A stretch of 52,493 nt of DNA from an uncultured delta proteobacterium (GTDB lineage: Bacteria > Desulfobacterota > WTBG01). The position numbers were made by a program, and so were the translations under genes. Shown piece by piece: positions 21,926 to 30,589 of the stretch. The notes under the pieces are model-generated. The model had not been told where the DNA came from. It searched no databases and saw only the letters and a program-made list of their open reading frames with translations. Every line of letters starts with the position of its first letter. Positions within the stretch are counted from its first letter, which is position 1. The stretch is taken from positions 1 through 52,493 of the forward strand of contig CAWCBP010000003.1 of assembly GCA_963793865.1 (NCBI GenBank), read 5' to 3'.

Positions 21926-22068
21926 GAAGTTTAGTGTGCGGGGAGTCATGCACGTTTACAGGTCTTACGGCTCCCTTCTCATCTTGCACTTGCCGGATGC
22001 TGAAATATATGGCAAGAATATAGCATTGCTAGTTATTTTAATCACCTACAGGAAAGGATGGTAAGGGT

Positions 22069-23439
22069 ATGATGCAGCGATGGATAATTCTGGCCGCAGT
22101 GATGGTAGTAGCGCTTGGTTGTACCAAGGGACAGGTTGGTAAAGGTGAGGGAGGAGCGGAACCGGAAAAAACAATGGCCGTTGACACCACCGGACTGACC
22201 TCTGAACAGGAGAAAATAGCGAGCGCCATGGTAAAGGATATCATTCCGCTCATCAAGGCGGGAAAATCCGAGAGCGAAGTGATAAGCGCGCTGCAGGAGA
22301 TCGACGCAAAAAAAATTATCCGCTATCCGGTAGAGATCGGCGATTCGCCCACCCATGGACCCCAGAATGCCCGGGTGACCATCGTGGAGTTTACCGACTT
22401 TCAATGCCCTTTCTGCAGCAGGGTGCAGACAACGCTGAAACAGATTGAGGAGAAATATCCTCAGGACGTTAAAAAGGTTTTCAAGCAGAACCCGCTGGCG
22501 TTTCATCAGGATGCTCCCCTTGCGGCCGAGGCCTCTCTTGCCGCCGGTGCCCAGGGTAAATTCTGGGAAATGAAGGATGTGCTCTTCAACAATCAGAAAA
22601 GCTTAAAAGAGGAAGATCTCCTCCGCTACGCTCAGGAACTGGGGCTGAACATGGAACAGTTCAAAGCCGACCTTACGGGCCGAAAATACAAGGAGCAGGT
22701 TGATCGTGAAAGCAAGCAGGCAGCGGCCCTCGGCGCTACCGGCACCCCTGCTTTTTTCATCAATGGAAGATACTTCGCCGGTGCCAAACCGTTGGAGGCA
22801 TTTGTGAAGGTAATAGATGAAGAGCTGAGCGGAAAAGAGATTCCCTTTAAATGGGGAAAAAATGTAAAGGAGGAATCGGCAAAAGGGGCGAAAAAGGAAC
22901 AGCCCGCTGAGGACCCCAACAAGGTATATGCCATTCCTGCCGGTGATTCCCCTTCCAAAGGGGCGAAAGACGCGCCGGTAACCCTGATCATGTTTCAGGA
23001 CTTCCAGTGTCCCTATTCCCAGCGCTCACAGGCCACCGTAAAACAGATCATGGATGCCTATCCGGGCAAGGTAAAAGTGGTATTTAAAAATTTCCCCCTC
23101 CCGTTTCATAAACAGGCGGGTCTGGCGGGCGAGGCAGCCCTTGCCGCCGGTGCGCAGGGTAAATTCTGGGAGATGCATGACAGGATTTTTTCCAACCAGC
23201 AGCAAATGGAGATTGATACCCTTAAAAAATATGCGCAGGAGTTAAAGCTGGATATGAAGAAGTTTAATGCCGACCTGGACAGTCACCGTTTTAAGGCCGC
23301 GGTCGATGAGGACATGAAAACAGGCGCCGGGGCCGCGGTGAGGGGAACGCCGACCTTTTTTGTCAACGGCAAGAAACTGGTAGGCGCCAAGCCGCTTGCC
23401 GAATTTCAGAAAGTCATCGATCCCATGCTGGCAAAATAG
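22069..23439 (+). CDS. Lipoprotein with two DsbA/thioredoxin domains
   Basis: Lipobox ALGC; DFQCPFC..GTPAFFING and DFQCPYS..GTPTFFVNG. Confidence 0.9.
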   Translation: MMQRWIILAAVMVVALGCTKGQVGKGEGGAEPEKTMAVDTTGLTSEQEKIASAMVKDIIPLIKAGKSESEVISALQEIDAKKIIRYPVEIGDSPTHGPQNARVTIVEFTDFQCPFCSRVQTTLKQIEEKYPQDVKKVFKQNPLAFHQDAPLAAEASLAAGAQGKFWEMKDVLFNNQKSLKEEDLLRYAQELGLNMEQFKADLTGRKYKEQVDRESKQAAALGATGTPAFFINGRYFAGAKPLEAFVKVIDEELSGKEIPFKWGKNVKEESAKGAKKEQPAEDPNKVYAIPAGDSPSKGAKDAPVTLIMFQDFQCPYSQRSQATVKQIMDAYPGKVKVVFKNFPLPFHKQAGLAGEAALAAGAQGKFWEMHDRIFSNQQQMEIDTLKKYAQELKLDMKKFNADLDSHRFKAAVDEDMKTGAGAAVRGTPTFFVNGKKLVGAKPLAEFQKVIDPMLAK

Positions 23440-23496
23440 AGCAGCGGAAGCCTGCCTGAAAGAACAGGGTCGTGGCACCTTAAAAATGTGTAACCT

Positions 23497-23527
23497 AAGC
23501 CCCCGGATAATTATTCTCCGGGGGCTT
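23497..23527. terminator. Hairpin between convergent genes
   Basis: AAGCCCCCGGA / TCCGGGGGCTT. Confidence 0.6.
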
Positions 23528-23535
23528 CGTGTTGC

Positions 23536-24403
23536 CTATTTCAAGGAAAAGGTGAGGGCGTCTTCCGGGCAGGATGTAATGCAGGCACCACAGGCAAAGC
23601 AGTCAGGCACGATCTGCCGGCTATCCACGATGGCTTCTATGGCATTGCAGGGGCCTGCTTTGATGCACTGCCTGCAGTTCGTGCACCGATTTCTCATTTT
23701 TCCGGACAGCGAAGAGGCTCGTGTGCTCAAAAATCCAGGTGAGAAGGCCGGCGGGGCATACAAACTGGCAGAACGGCCGGTAGAGCAGCAGGCTCGCGGC
23801 CAGCACCAGGGATATAATAACTATCAGCGGCAGGGTGAAATGCCAGTGGAAGATTTCAAAGGGGTTGAAGAAATCATAGATGTTGATATCCCGCGCGAAC
23901 AGAAAGATGATAAAAAGTCCAAGGAGCAATGCCCGTACGGTATTGGTCGTAAAAAAAGAGTATTTGATTTTGCCGATTCCCTTGCTGAGCAGGAAAGCCG
24001 CTTCCTGCAAACATCCCAGGGGACAGATCCATCCGCAGAAGATTTTATTGCCTATAACGGTGAGCAGCAGCATGACAGCCGCCATGACCATCATGGGGGG
24101 TGGTATAAAGCCGCTCAGGTGGTAGCGCAGCGGTGCCTTGGTGAGTGCACACAGGGGGCTGGGATGAATGCCGATTGCCACGCCGAAGATATAAAAGAAG
24201 ATGAGCAGGAACGCCAGCCTGACCGGTTTGGTTACGCGTTTGGCTGCCAGAAGGGTTATGGCAACTATGCCGGCCACAGCATATAAAATATATTTGGAGG
24301 AGAACAGGAGCTGAACATACGGCCTGCCTCTAAAAGATGCAAACAGAAGTGATGCCAGAATGATAATTAATACCGCCCTGATGAGTAAACCCTGCCTTTT
24401 CAT
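23536..24403 (-). CDS. NapH/Fer4_5-type membrane 4Fe-4S protein (frameshifted)
   Basis: TM helices, FCGWICPLG, RPFCQFVCPAG, CTNCRQC and CFACGACITSCP. Confidence 0.85.
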
Positions 24404-24432
24404 ATCTTGATTTCCGCCTGCAGTGCCCCGCA

Positions 24433-24978
24433 CTAATTTATGCCGTTAAAGAACAGTATTTCATCAAGCGCCAGTCGCGCGCTGCGTGCGTTGTTTTCTT
24501 CCTTTGGGTATCCCAGTGCCAGCAGCGATATAATCTTCCAGCCCCCGGGCAGATGTAAAATCTTTTTGATGGCTTTTGCGTTAAACCAGCCGATCCAGCA
24601 GGTGCCCAGGCCCATTTCCGTCGCCCGCAGCGCCATGTGTTCAAGGGCGATGCCCATGTCTATCTGGTGATAATTGATCCCCTTCACCGCTTCGGCCAGG
24701 CGGTGGGTAAGAAGGTTTAAAACGGCACATCCGACGATAATGACCGGTGCTGATTCAGCCCACCTGTTGGGTACGACCCCGCCCAGTCCGCGGTCGACAA
24801 TTTGATGCAGGAGGGGCTTTTCAGTCACTGCTACAAACCTCCAGGGCTGAGCGTTGCAGGCGGAGGGGGCAAGCCGTGCCGCCTCCGTGATCGATCGGAT
24901 GATTCCCTGATCCACCGGCGTGTCCTTGAAGCTTCTGACACTGCACCGTTGCTCAACGGCCTGCATGACACTTGACAT
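24433..24978 (-). CDS. Nitroreductase family protein
   Basis: RCSVRSF, APSACNAQPWRF, GLGTCWIG, LGYP. Confidence 0.9.
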   Translation of the reverse strand: MSSVMQAVEQRCSVRSFKDTPVDQGIIRSITEAARLAPSACNAQPWRFVAVTEKPLLHQIVDRGLGGVVPNRWAESAPVIIVGCAVLNLLTHRLAEAVKGINYHQIDMGIALEHMALRATEMGLGTCWIGWFNAKAIKKILHLPGGWKIISLLALGYPKEENNARSARLALDEILFFNGIN

Positions 24979-24992
24979 ACGATAAACCTCAA

Positions 24993-25133
24993 GGGAGAAA
25001 GGGTACAGGGTTCAGGGTACAGGGCAAAGCAGTTTACAGTTCACAGTTCGACAGTTGACAGCAAAAAAACCAGGGAGCAGAGTTCAGGGAAAAGCAGTGT
25101 CAATTATGAATTACGAATTATAAATTATGAATG
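24993..25133 (+). repeat. Composite heptamer module; left arm of an inverted pair with 26676-26800
   Basis: Reverse complement aligns block by block with 26676-26800. Confidence 0.8.
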
Positions 25134-25400
25134 CAGAAGGCAAAATTTAAGCCTAAGTTATTTAATCAATACTCCAATACTCCATCACTCCATCAACCGG
25201 CAATCAGGATAAAGGCATTCGCTCACAAAAGCAACGAAAAATAATCATTGGGTTGTTGCAGGTTATTTTGCTTTAAAGAAGCACCCTGGCATGATATATA
25301 ATACTCACAATAATGTGCAGTTAATAGAAGGGAATGGTCTGAAGTTAGATTCTTGCGGGCTTGAATCCGAGAATTGAGCTCTCAGACGTGTGTATGCCCG

Positions 25401-25450
25401 GTAGGAGCGGCTTTTAGCCGCGAATGAATCGCGCCTGAAGGCGCTCCTAC
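25401..25450. repeat. GTAG-family REP dyad
   Basis: gtaggagcggcttttagccgc...cgcctgaaggcgctcctac. Confidence 0.75.
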
Positions 25451-25476
25451 CGAAATATCAAACATGTTTGGCTTGC

Positions 25477-25546
25477 ATTAATAATTCATAATTCGTAATT
25501 CATAATTGTTGTTCCCCTGTACCCTCAACCCTGACCCCAGTACCCT
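25477..25546 (-). repeat. Reverse-complement CATAATT and CCCTG arrays
   Basis: ataattcataattcgtaattcataatt...cccctgtaccctcaaccctgaccccagtaccct. Confidence 0.75.
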
Positions 25547-25551
25547 AAAAC

Positions 25552-26340
25552 ATGGCGACACCGCTGGCGCACGTATCAATCGTGCTGGTTAATTCGGAGT
25601 ATCCCGAAAATATAGGCTCAGTTGCCCGGTGCATGAAAAATATGGGCTTGCGAGAGCTCATATTGATCAACCCGGTCCCCTATCAGCGGCTGGAGGCCTA
25701 CGCGCTCGCCCACCGCTCACGGGACATCCTGGATAAAGCGGTGGTGTATGACAATCTGGCGGAAGCGCTGAAGCCCTTTGTTTTTGTGATCGGGACCACC
25801 CAGCGGGTGCGCGGCCGCCATTATCCCCTGCACACCCCCGCCCAGATTGTCGGTGAGATTCAAAAACGCGGCCCGGCTGCCAAAATCGCCCTGGTGTTCG
25901 GCAGGGAATCAAAGGGACTGACCAACGAGGAACTGAGAAGCTGCCATATGGTTTCGACCATTCCCACGGCCCTGCGCCAGCCGGCGATTAATCTGGCGCA
26001 GTCGGTGATGGTCTACTGTTATGAATTGTATAAGTCCGTTACCGAGGTGCAGGGTACCGAGGTGTTTTCCTGGGACCTGGCACCTAACCGGGACATTTAT
26101 CAGATGTATGAGCATCTGGATGCCTGCCTGCAGAGCATCAGCTTTCACCCCAGGGTGGATATCAAAGACTTTATTGACCGGTTCAGAAGGGTCCTGGGAA
26201 GAATTGCCCTTGAAAAGAGGGATGTGAAACTGTTTCACAAGCTGTTCGCAGAAGTGGAGAGGGCAATGCGGGAGAGAGGAGGGGGAGGGAGGGCAATTAG
26301 GGATACTGAAATATACTGGAGTAGTGGAGTAATGGAGTGA
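25552..26340 (+). CDS. trmJ: TrmJ/LasT family SPOUT RNA methyltransferase
   Basis: ENIGSVARCMKNMGL, IGTT.R, FGRESKGLTNEEL, INLAQSV. Confidence 0.85.
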   Translation: MATPLAHVSIVLVNSEYPENIGSVARCMKNMGLRELILINPVPYQRLEAYALAHRSRDILDKAVVYDNLAEALKPFVFVIGTTQRVRGRHYPLHTPAQIVGEIQKRGPAAKIALVFGRESKGLTNEELRSCHMVSTIPTALRQPAINLAQSVMVYCYELYKSVTEVQGTEVFSWDLAPNRDIYQMYEHLDACLQSISFHPRVDIKDFIDRFRRVLGRIALEKRDVKLFHKLFAEVERAMRERGGGGRAIRDTEIYWSSGVME

Positions 26341-26435
26341 TGGGAAAATGACAAGGACCAATGAGGGTGAATGACAAATGACAAAATCAAAATGTCAAAT
26401 GAATGTCAAAGCTCAAAGGACAAATGCTGGTAGAT

Positions 26436-26655
26436 CTAGTGTGGTGTCCCATGAATAACCTTATGAATAAACAAAATAACCCGGTCGTTGCGAGGAGTCC
26501 CGCCTCGGCGGGGCGACGAAGCAATCTCCATTTTTCATAATTAAAGGGAAGCATTACACAACATGAGATTGCCGCGTCGCTTGCGCTCCTCGCAATGACT
26601 TTTTATGTTGTCGTTTACTATAATTATATAATGAACACTTGGGACACCACACCAG
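26436..26655. mobile_element. MITE with 16-bp terminal inverted repeats containing a GTC-type REP hairpin
   Basis: ctagtgtggtgtccca / tgggacaccacaccag (15/16); inner gtcgttgcgaggag...ctcctcgcaatgac at 26484-26599. Confidence 0.7.
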
Positions 26656-26675
26656 CAAACGAGCAAACATAAAAC

Positions 26676-26800
26676 TCATAATTTATAATTCGTAATTCAT
26701 AATTGAAACTGCTTTTCCCTGTACCGCTGAACCCTGTCTTTTTTTGCTGTAAACTGTCAACTGTAAACCGTAAACTGCTTTTCCCTGAACCCTGTTCTCC
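26676..26800 (-). repeat. Composite heptamer module, right arm
   Basis: tcataatttataattcgtaattcataattgaaactgcttttccctg...ttttgctgtaaactgtcaactg...ccctgaaccctgttctcc. Confidence 0.8.
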
Positions 26801-26813
26801 AAAGGAGAAACCC

Positions 26814-28850
26814 ATGGAACGGCTTCATAAAACATTTTGCAGCATTTGTGAGCGCACCTGCCGCATGCAGGTTGCGGTAAGCGGGGACAAGGTAACCAGG
26901 GTGGAGGGATGGGAAGAAGATCGCCTGGGCAAGGGGGATTTGTGCGTCAAGGGATATGCGGCCCTTGATATCATGTACGCGCCGGATCGCCTGCGCTATC
27001 CCATGAAAAAGGAAAACGGCACTTGGAAGCGGCTGGGCTGGGATGAAGCGCTCGATCTGCTTGCCGGTAAGCTTAACGGCATTAAGGAGCGCCATGGGGC
27101 CAACAGCCTCTGCGTCTATCACGGACAGACCTATGTCAAGAACTGCATCGCCATGTTCTGCATGAAGCGCTTTTTGAGCGCCTATGGATCGGCGAATCTC
27201 TGCTCCGCGGCCAGCGAGTGCTTTATTCCCCACCTGCTGAACGGGATCGCCACCTTTGGCAGCCTGGCCTTCGCGGACGTGAAGCGCAGCAAAACCGTCA
27301 TTATCTGGGGCGCAAACCCCTTTGCCAGCGGGAGCATGGCTGCGAGCAGCATGCCGCGAACCATCAGGCTGTTTACCGAACTGAAAAAACAGGGGACCGG
27401 CTTCATTGTGATCGATCCCAGGACACCCACCGTCGCCGCTTTGGCTGACCTGCACATACGGGTGCGCCCGGGTACCGACGGCGCCCTGGCGCTGGGCATG
27501 ATGCGGGTGATCATAGATGAGGAACTCTACGATAAGGACTATGTACAGAAGTATACTTCCGGATTTGAAGAGCTCAAGGAGATGGTTGGCAGGTATGATG
27601 TAGCTGAAGTTGAGAAGATTACCAGGGTACCGCAAAGCGACATCGTGAAGGCAGCCCGCATGTTTGCCGGCGGAAGGCCCGCCAGTATCATACCGGGGAC
27701 GGGGGTCGAGCATCAAACCAATACCGTGCAGACGTTGCGTGCAATCTCCATTCTGCTTTCCTTAACCGGCAATATCGATGTCCCCGGCGGAAACACCTTT
27801 CTTTCGCCGACTATGTTTTCACCGGCCCAGGTTGAAGACGCTCCTCCTCCGGAAAAACCGATCGGCATGGATGAGCACCCCATGTTTGTGAGCATGATCA
27901 ATCAGGCGCAGGCGCTGGTGGTGCTGGAAAAGATCGTGAGCAGCACGGAGAGCCCGGTGAAGGCATTTATCAGCGCAGGCGGCTCGCCGCTTCCTGAACT
28001 TGCCAACAGCAATAAAATGAGGGAGATGTTCGGTAAAATGGAGTTTATAGCCGTCGTGGATCATTTCATGACCGAGACTGCCCGCCACGCGGACCTGGTC
28101 CTGCCCGCCGCGTTTTTTCTGGAGCGGGAGGAGGTGGCGACCATGCCGCTCAGCCTCCAGACGAGGGCCGTGGACGGCGGGGAGTGCTGGCCTGACTGGA
28201 TGTTCTGGTGGGAGCTGGCAAAGCGCATGGGGTACGGGAAGCACTTTCCCTGGAAGGGCTTCGACGATCTTGCGGGCTTTGTTTTGGAACCGACCGGGGT
28301 TACGGTGGATGAACTGAAACAGCATCCCGAAGGAATTCAGCACACCCTTGAGCCGGGCCAGTTTTTGCGGGATGGATTTTATACCTATTCGGGCAAGATC
28401 GAGCTGTATTCCCGTTCGCTTGAGGCAAACGGCTACGATCCCCTCCCCGAGTACCGGGAGCCACTGGAGAGTATCAGAAGCACGCCCGGGCTTGCTCAGG
28501 ATTACCCCCTGACCCTGACCACCGGCGGAAGGCATCCGGCGTACCTCCATTCACAGCACCGGAATATCCCGGGCCTGCTGAAGCTGTCCAGGGGACCAGT
28601 CCTGGAAATACATCCGGAAACGGCTTTGGAATGCGGGGTTAAAGACGGAGATACGGTGGCGGTAAGCTCGCCGCGCGGGGAAGTAACGGTCAAGGCACGG
28701 GTATCTGAAAAAATCATGCCCCGGGTGGTTCATCTGCCGCACGGATGGATAGAGTCGGATTGCAATGTTTTAACCGATCACGCGAAACGGGATCCCATAT
28801 CCGGGTTCCCGGGCCTCAAGTCATCGCTGTGCAGGGTGAAAAAGGCATGA
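26814..28850 (+). CDS. Cytoplasmic bis-MGD Mo/W enzyme, acetylene hydratase-like
   Basis: AAGGAG RBS; CSICERTC..C 4Fe-4S motif, WGANP, IDPR, PGTDGALALG, ADLVLPAA, C-terminal EIHPETA; no Tat signal. Confidence 0.88.
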   Translation: MERLHKTFCSICERTCRMQVAVSGDKVTRVEGWEEDRLGKGDLCVKGYAALDIMYAPDRLRYPMKKENGTWKRLGWDEALDLLAGKLNGIKERHGANSLCVYHGQTYVKNCIAMFCMKRFLSAYGSANLCSAASECFIPHLLNGIATFGSLAFADVKRSKTVIIWGANPFASGSMAASSMPRTIRLFTELKKQGTGFIVIDPRTPTVAALADLHIRVRPGTDGALALGMMRVIIDEELYDKDYVQKYTSGFEELKEMVGRYDVAEVEKITRVPQSDIVKAARMFAGGRPASIIPGTGVEHQTNTVQTLRAISILLSLTGNIDVPGGNTFLSPTMFSPAQVEDAPPPEKPIGMDEHPMFVSMINQAQALVVLEKIVSSTESPVKAFISAGGSPLPELANSNKMREMFGKMEFIAVVDHFMTETARHADLVLPAAFFLEREEVATMPLSLQTRAVDGGECWPDWMFWWELAKRMGYGKHFPWKGFDDLAGFVLEPTGVTVDELKQHPEGIQHTLEPGQFLRDGFYTYSGKIELYSRSLEANGYDPLPEYREPLESIRSTPGLAQDYPLTLTTGGRHPAYLHSQHRNIPGLLKLSRGPVLEIHPETALECGVKDGDTVAVSSPRGEVTVKARVSEKIMPRVVHLPHGWIESDCNVLTDHAKRDPISGFPGLKSSLCRVKKA

Positions 28851-28856
28851 TGGCAT

Positions 28857-29636
28857 ATGACCAAAAGCTTTTTAGGCATTGATATCGGGGCCGCGTCCGC
28901 AAAGGCGGTCATCATTCGCGAAGGGAATTCGGTTGCCCGGGCGGTGATGGAGACGGGTCCGTCGGTGGAGCGCGTTGCGGATATCCTGCTCAAGCAGGTG
29001 CTTGCGGCATCAGGGCTGTCCTCTGCCGACCTGAATGGGGTTGTCGCCACCGGCTACGGGAGAACATCGGTCCGCTTCGCGGATAAAAAGGTGACCGAGA
29101 TAACCTGCCATGCCCGCGGGGTGAACCATCTGATGCCCGAAGCGAGAACGGTGATTGATATCGGGGGGCAGGACAGCAAGGCAATGCGCATCGACGGGCA
29201 GGGCAGGGTGATTGATTTTATCATGAACGACAAGTGTGCTGCCGGAACGGGAAGATTCCTGGAGGTCATGGCCGGGGCCCTGGAATTGCCGATTGATGAC
29301 CTGGGTTCACGGTCGATTGCCGGCCTGAACCCCTGCCTGATCAGCAGCCTCTGCACCGTTTTTGCGGAATCGGAAGTGGTGTTCCTGAGGGGTGAGGGAA
29401 GATCGCCCGAGGACATTGCGGCAGGCATTCACGTCGCGATTGCCGGCAGGGTCGCCACCATGATATCCCAGATGGGCCTCGAGGAGATGGCGGTGCTTAC
29501 CGGGGGAGTGGCCTTGAACCGCGGCGTTGTCCGGGCTCTCTGTGATGAGCTGCAGGTCAGCGTGCGGGTGCCGGAACAGCCTCAGCTGACCGGCGCGCTG
29601 GGCGCGGCGCTTATCGCTGCGCAGCTGTCAGGGTGA
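28857..29636 (+). CDS. Acyl-CoA dehydratase activase (HgdC/BadFG ASKHA ATPase)
   Basis: GIDIG, ATGYGR, EITCHARG, DIGGQDSK, MNDKCAAGTGRFL, CTVFAESE, GALGAA. Confidence 0.93.
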   Translation: MTKSFLGIDIGAASAKAVIIREGNSVARAVMETGPSVERVADILLKQVLAASGLSSADLNGVVATGYGRTSVRFADKKVTEITCHARGVNHLMPEARTVIDIGGQDSKAMRIDGQGRVIDFIMNDKCAAGTGRFLEVMAGALELPIDDLGSRSIAGLNPCLISSLCTVFAESEVVFLRGEGRSPEDIAAGIHVAIAGRVATMISQMGLEEMAVLTGGVALNRGVVRALCDELQVSVRVPEQPQLTGALGAALIAAQLSG

Positions 29637-30578
29637 GGTGTGAAGCAGCGATTGCAGGAATGACGGGGGATCCCCGATGCCGGTGTACCCGAGCTTGTTG
29701 AGGGTAAGGGCGTAGTCCAGCACCCGGCTTGATGAGAGCTGCTCATCAAATTGAATGTGGCCGAGAGCGAGGGTGACCACGGCGGGGTCCATGGCGGTGT
29801 ACTTTACGCCGATGGAAACCGCCTCCACGGGGTTGTTTTCGATGTAATCAATGGATTTGCGATGAGCGCGGCGGAGCGCGTTGACCTCCGCCGCGTGTTT
29901 TTCCAGGAACTCGGTGCTGACCGCCAGGACACAGCAGGGATGATCCGGCCAGATGTCCTGTGAATAGGCGAGCACCCTCCCCGAGTCATTGGTCACGGCA
30001 AGGGAAGGGTAGGGCTCCCATGCCATGAAGGCGGCTATCTGTCCGCCGCTGAGCACGCTGATCATCTCCGGCGGCTTGATGGTGATGATGGTTGCACCAT
30101 TGTCCCCGATGCCGGCATCACCCAGCATCCTGCGCAGCAGGAAGTCCTGGATGGTGGCATGGCCGGGAATGGCGATGACCGTGCCCTTGAGATCAGCCGG
30201 TTTGCTCACCGGGCTGCCCTTTCCCACCACCAGCGCGGAGCCGTTCTTGTTGACCTGGGCGATGATGGCTATCCGGGCGGTGCCGTTGGCCGCGGCCACC
30301 AGGGCGGGAGCGAGACCCACATATCCGGCATCAAGGCTGCCGGATGAAAACCCGCTCATCAGCTCCGGGCCGGCCTTAAAAATCCCCGACACCTCTATCC
30401 TGAGGCCTTCTTCCTGGTAGAAACCCTTTTCAAGCGCGACAAAGGCAGGAAGATGATGGAGGTCGCTCTGGAGGTATGCCAGCCGGACCGTGGAAGTTCC
30501 CCGATCGTCAGGTTTGCACGAAGGGCAGAGAAAAACGAGTGCGGCAATGATGGTGATGAGGGATCGAAATGGGAACAG
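29628..30578 (-). CDS. NMT1/SsuA/NrtA-type ABC substrate-binding lipoprotein
   Basis: Frame extends upstream through LAYLQSDLHHLPAFVA to a signal peptide; WEPYP, HPCCVL; probable CTG start after AGGAGG. Confidence 0.8.
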   Translation of the reverse strand: MFPFRSLITIIAALVFLCPSCKPDDRGTSTVRLAYLQSDLHHLPAFVALEKGFYQEEGLRIEVSGIFKAGPELMSGFSSGSLDAGYVGLAPALVAAANGTARIAIIAQVNKNGSALVVGKGSPVSKPADLKGTVIAIPGHATIQDFLLRRMLGDAGIGDNGATIITIKPPEMISVLSGGQIAAFMAWEPYPSLAVTNDSGRVLAYSQDIWPDHPCCVLAVSTEFLEKHAAEVNALRRAHRKSIDYIENNPVEAVSIGVKYTAMDPAVVTLALGHIQFDEQLSSSRVLDYALTLNKLGYTGIGDPPSFLQSLLHTSP

Positions 30579-30589
30579 GATGCCCCTCC

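Noticed and set aside
22010..22025. sigma54 promoter TGGCAAGAATATAGCA before dsbA
   Set aside because: GG-N10-GC spacing fits but the -12 element is off-consensus; too weak alone
23396..24286. Long antisense ORFs (this 296-aa one, 26757-27716, 48571-49416 and similar)
   Set aside because: Shadows of well-supported genes on the opposite strand
26703..26813. N-terminal extension of the Mo/W enzyme and other small ORFs in repeat spacers
   Set aside because: Translations of heptamer arrays; the RBS supports ATG 26814
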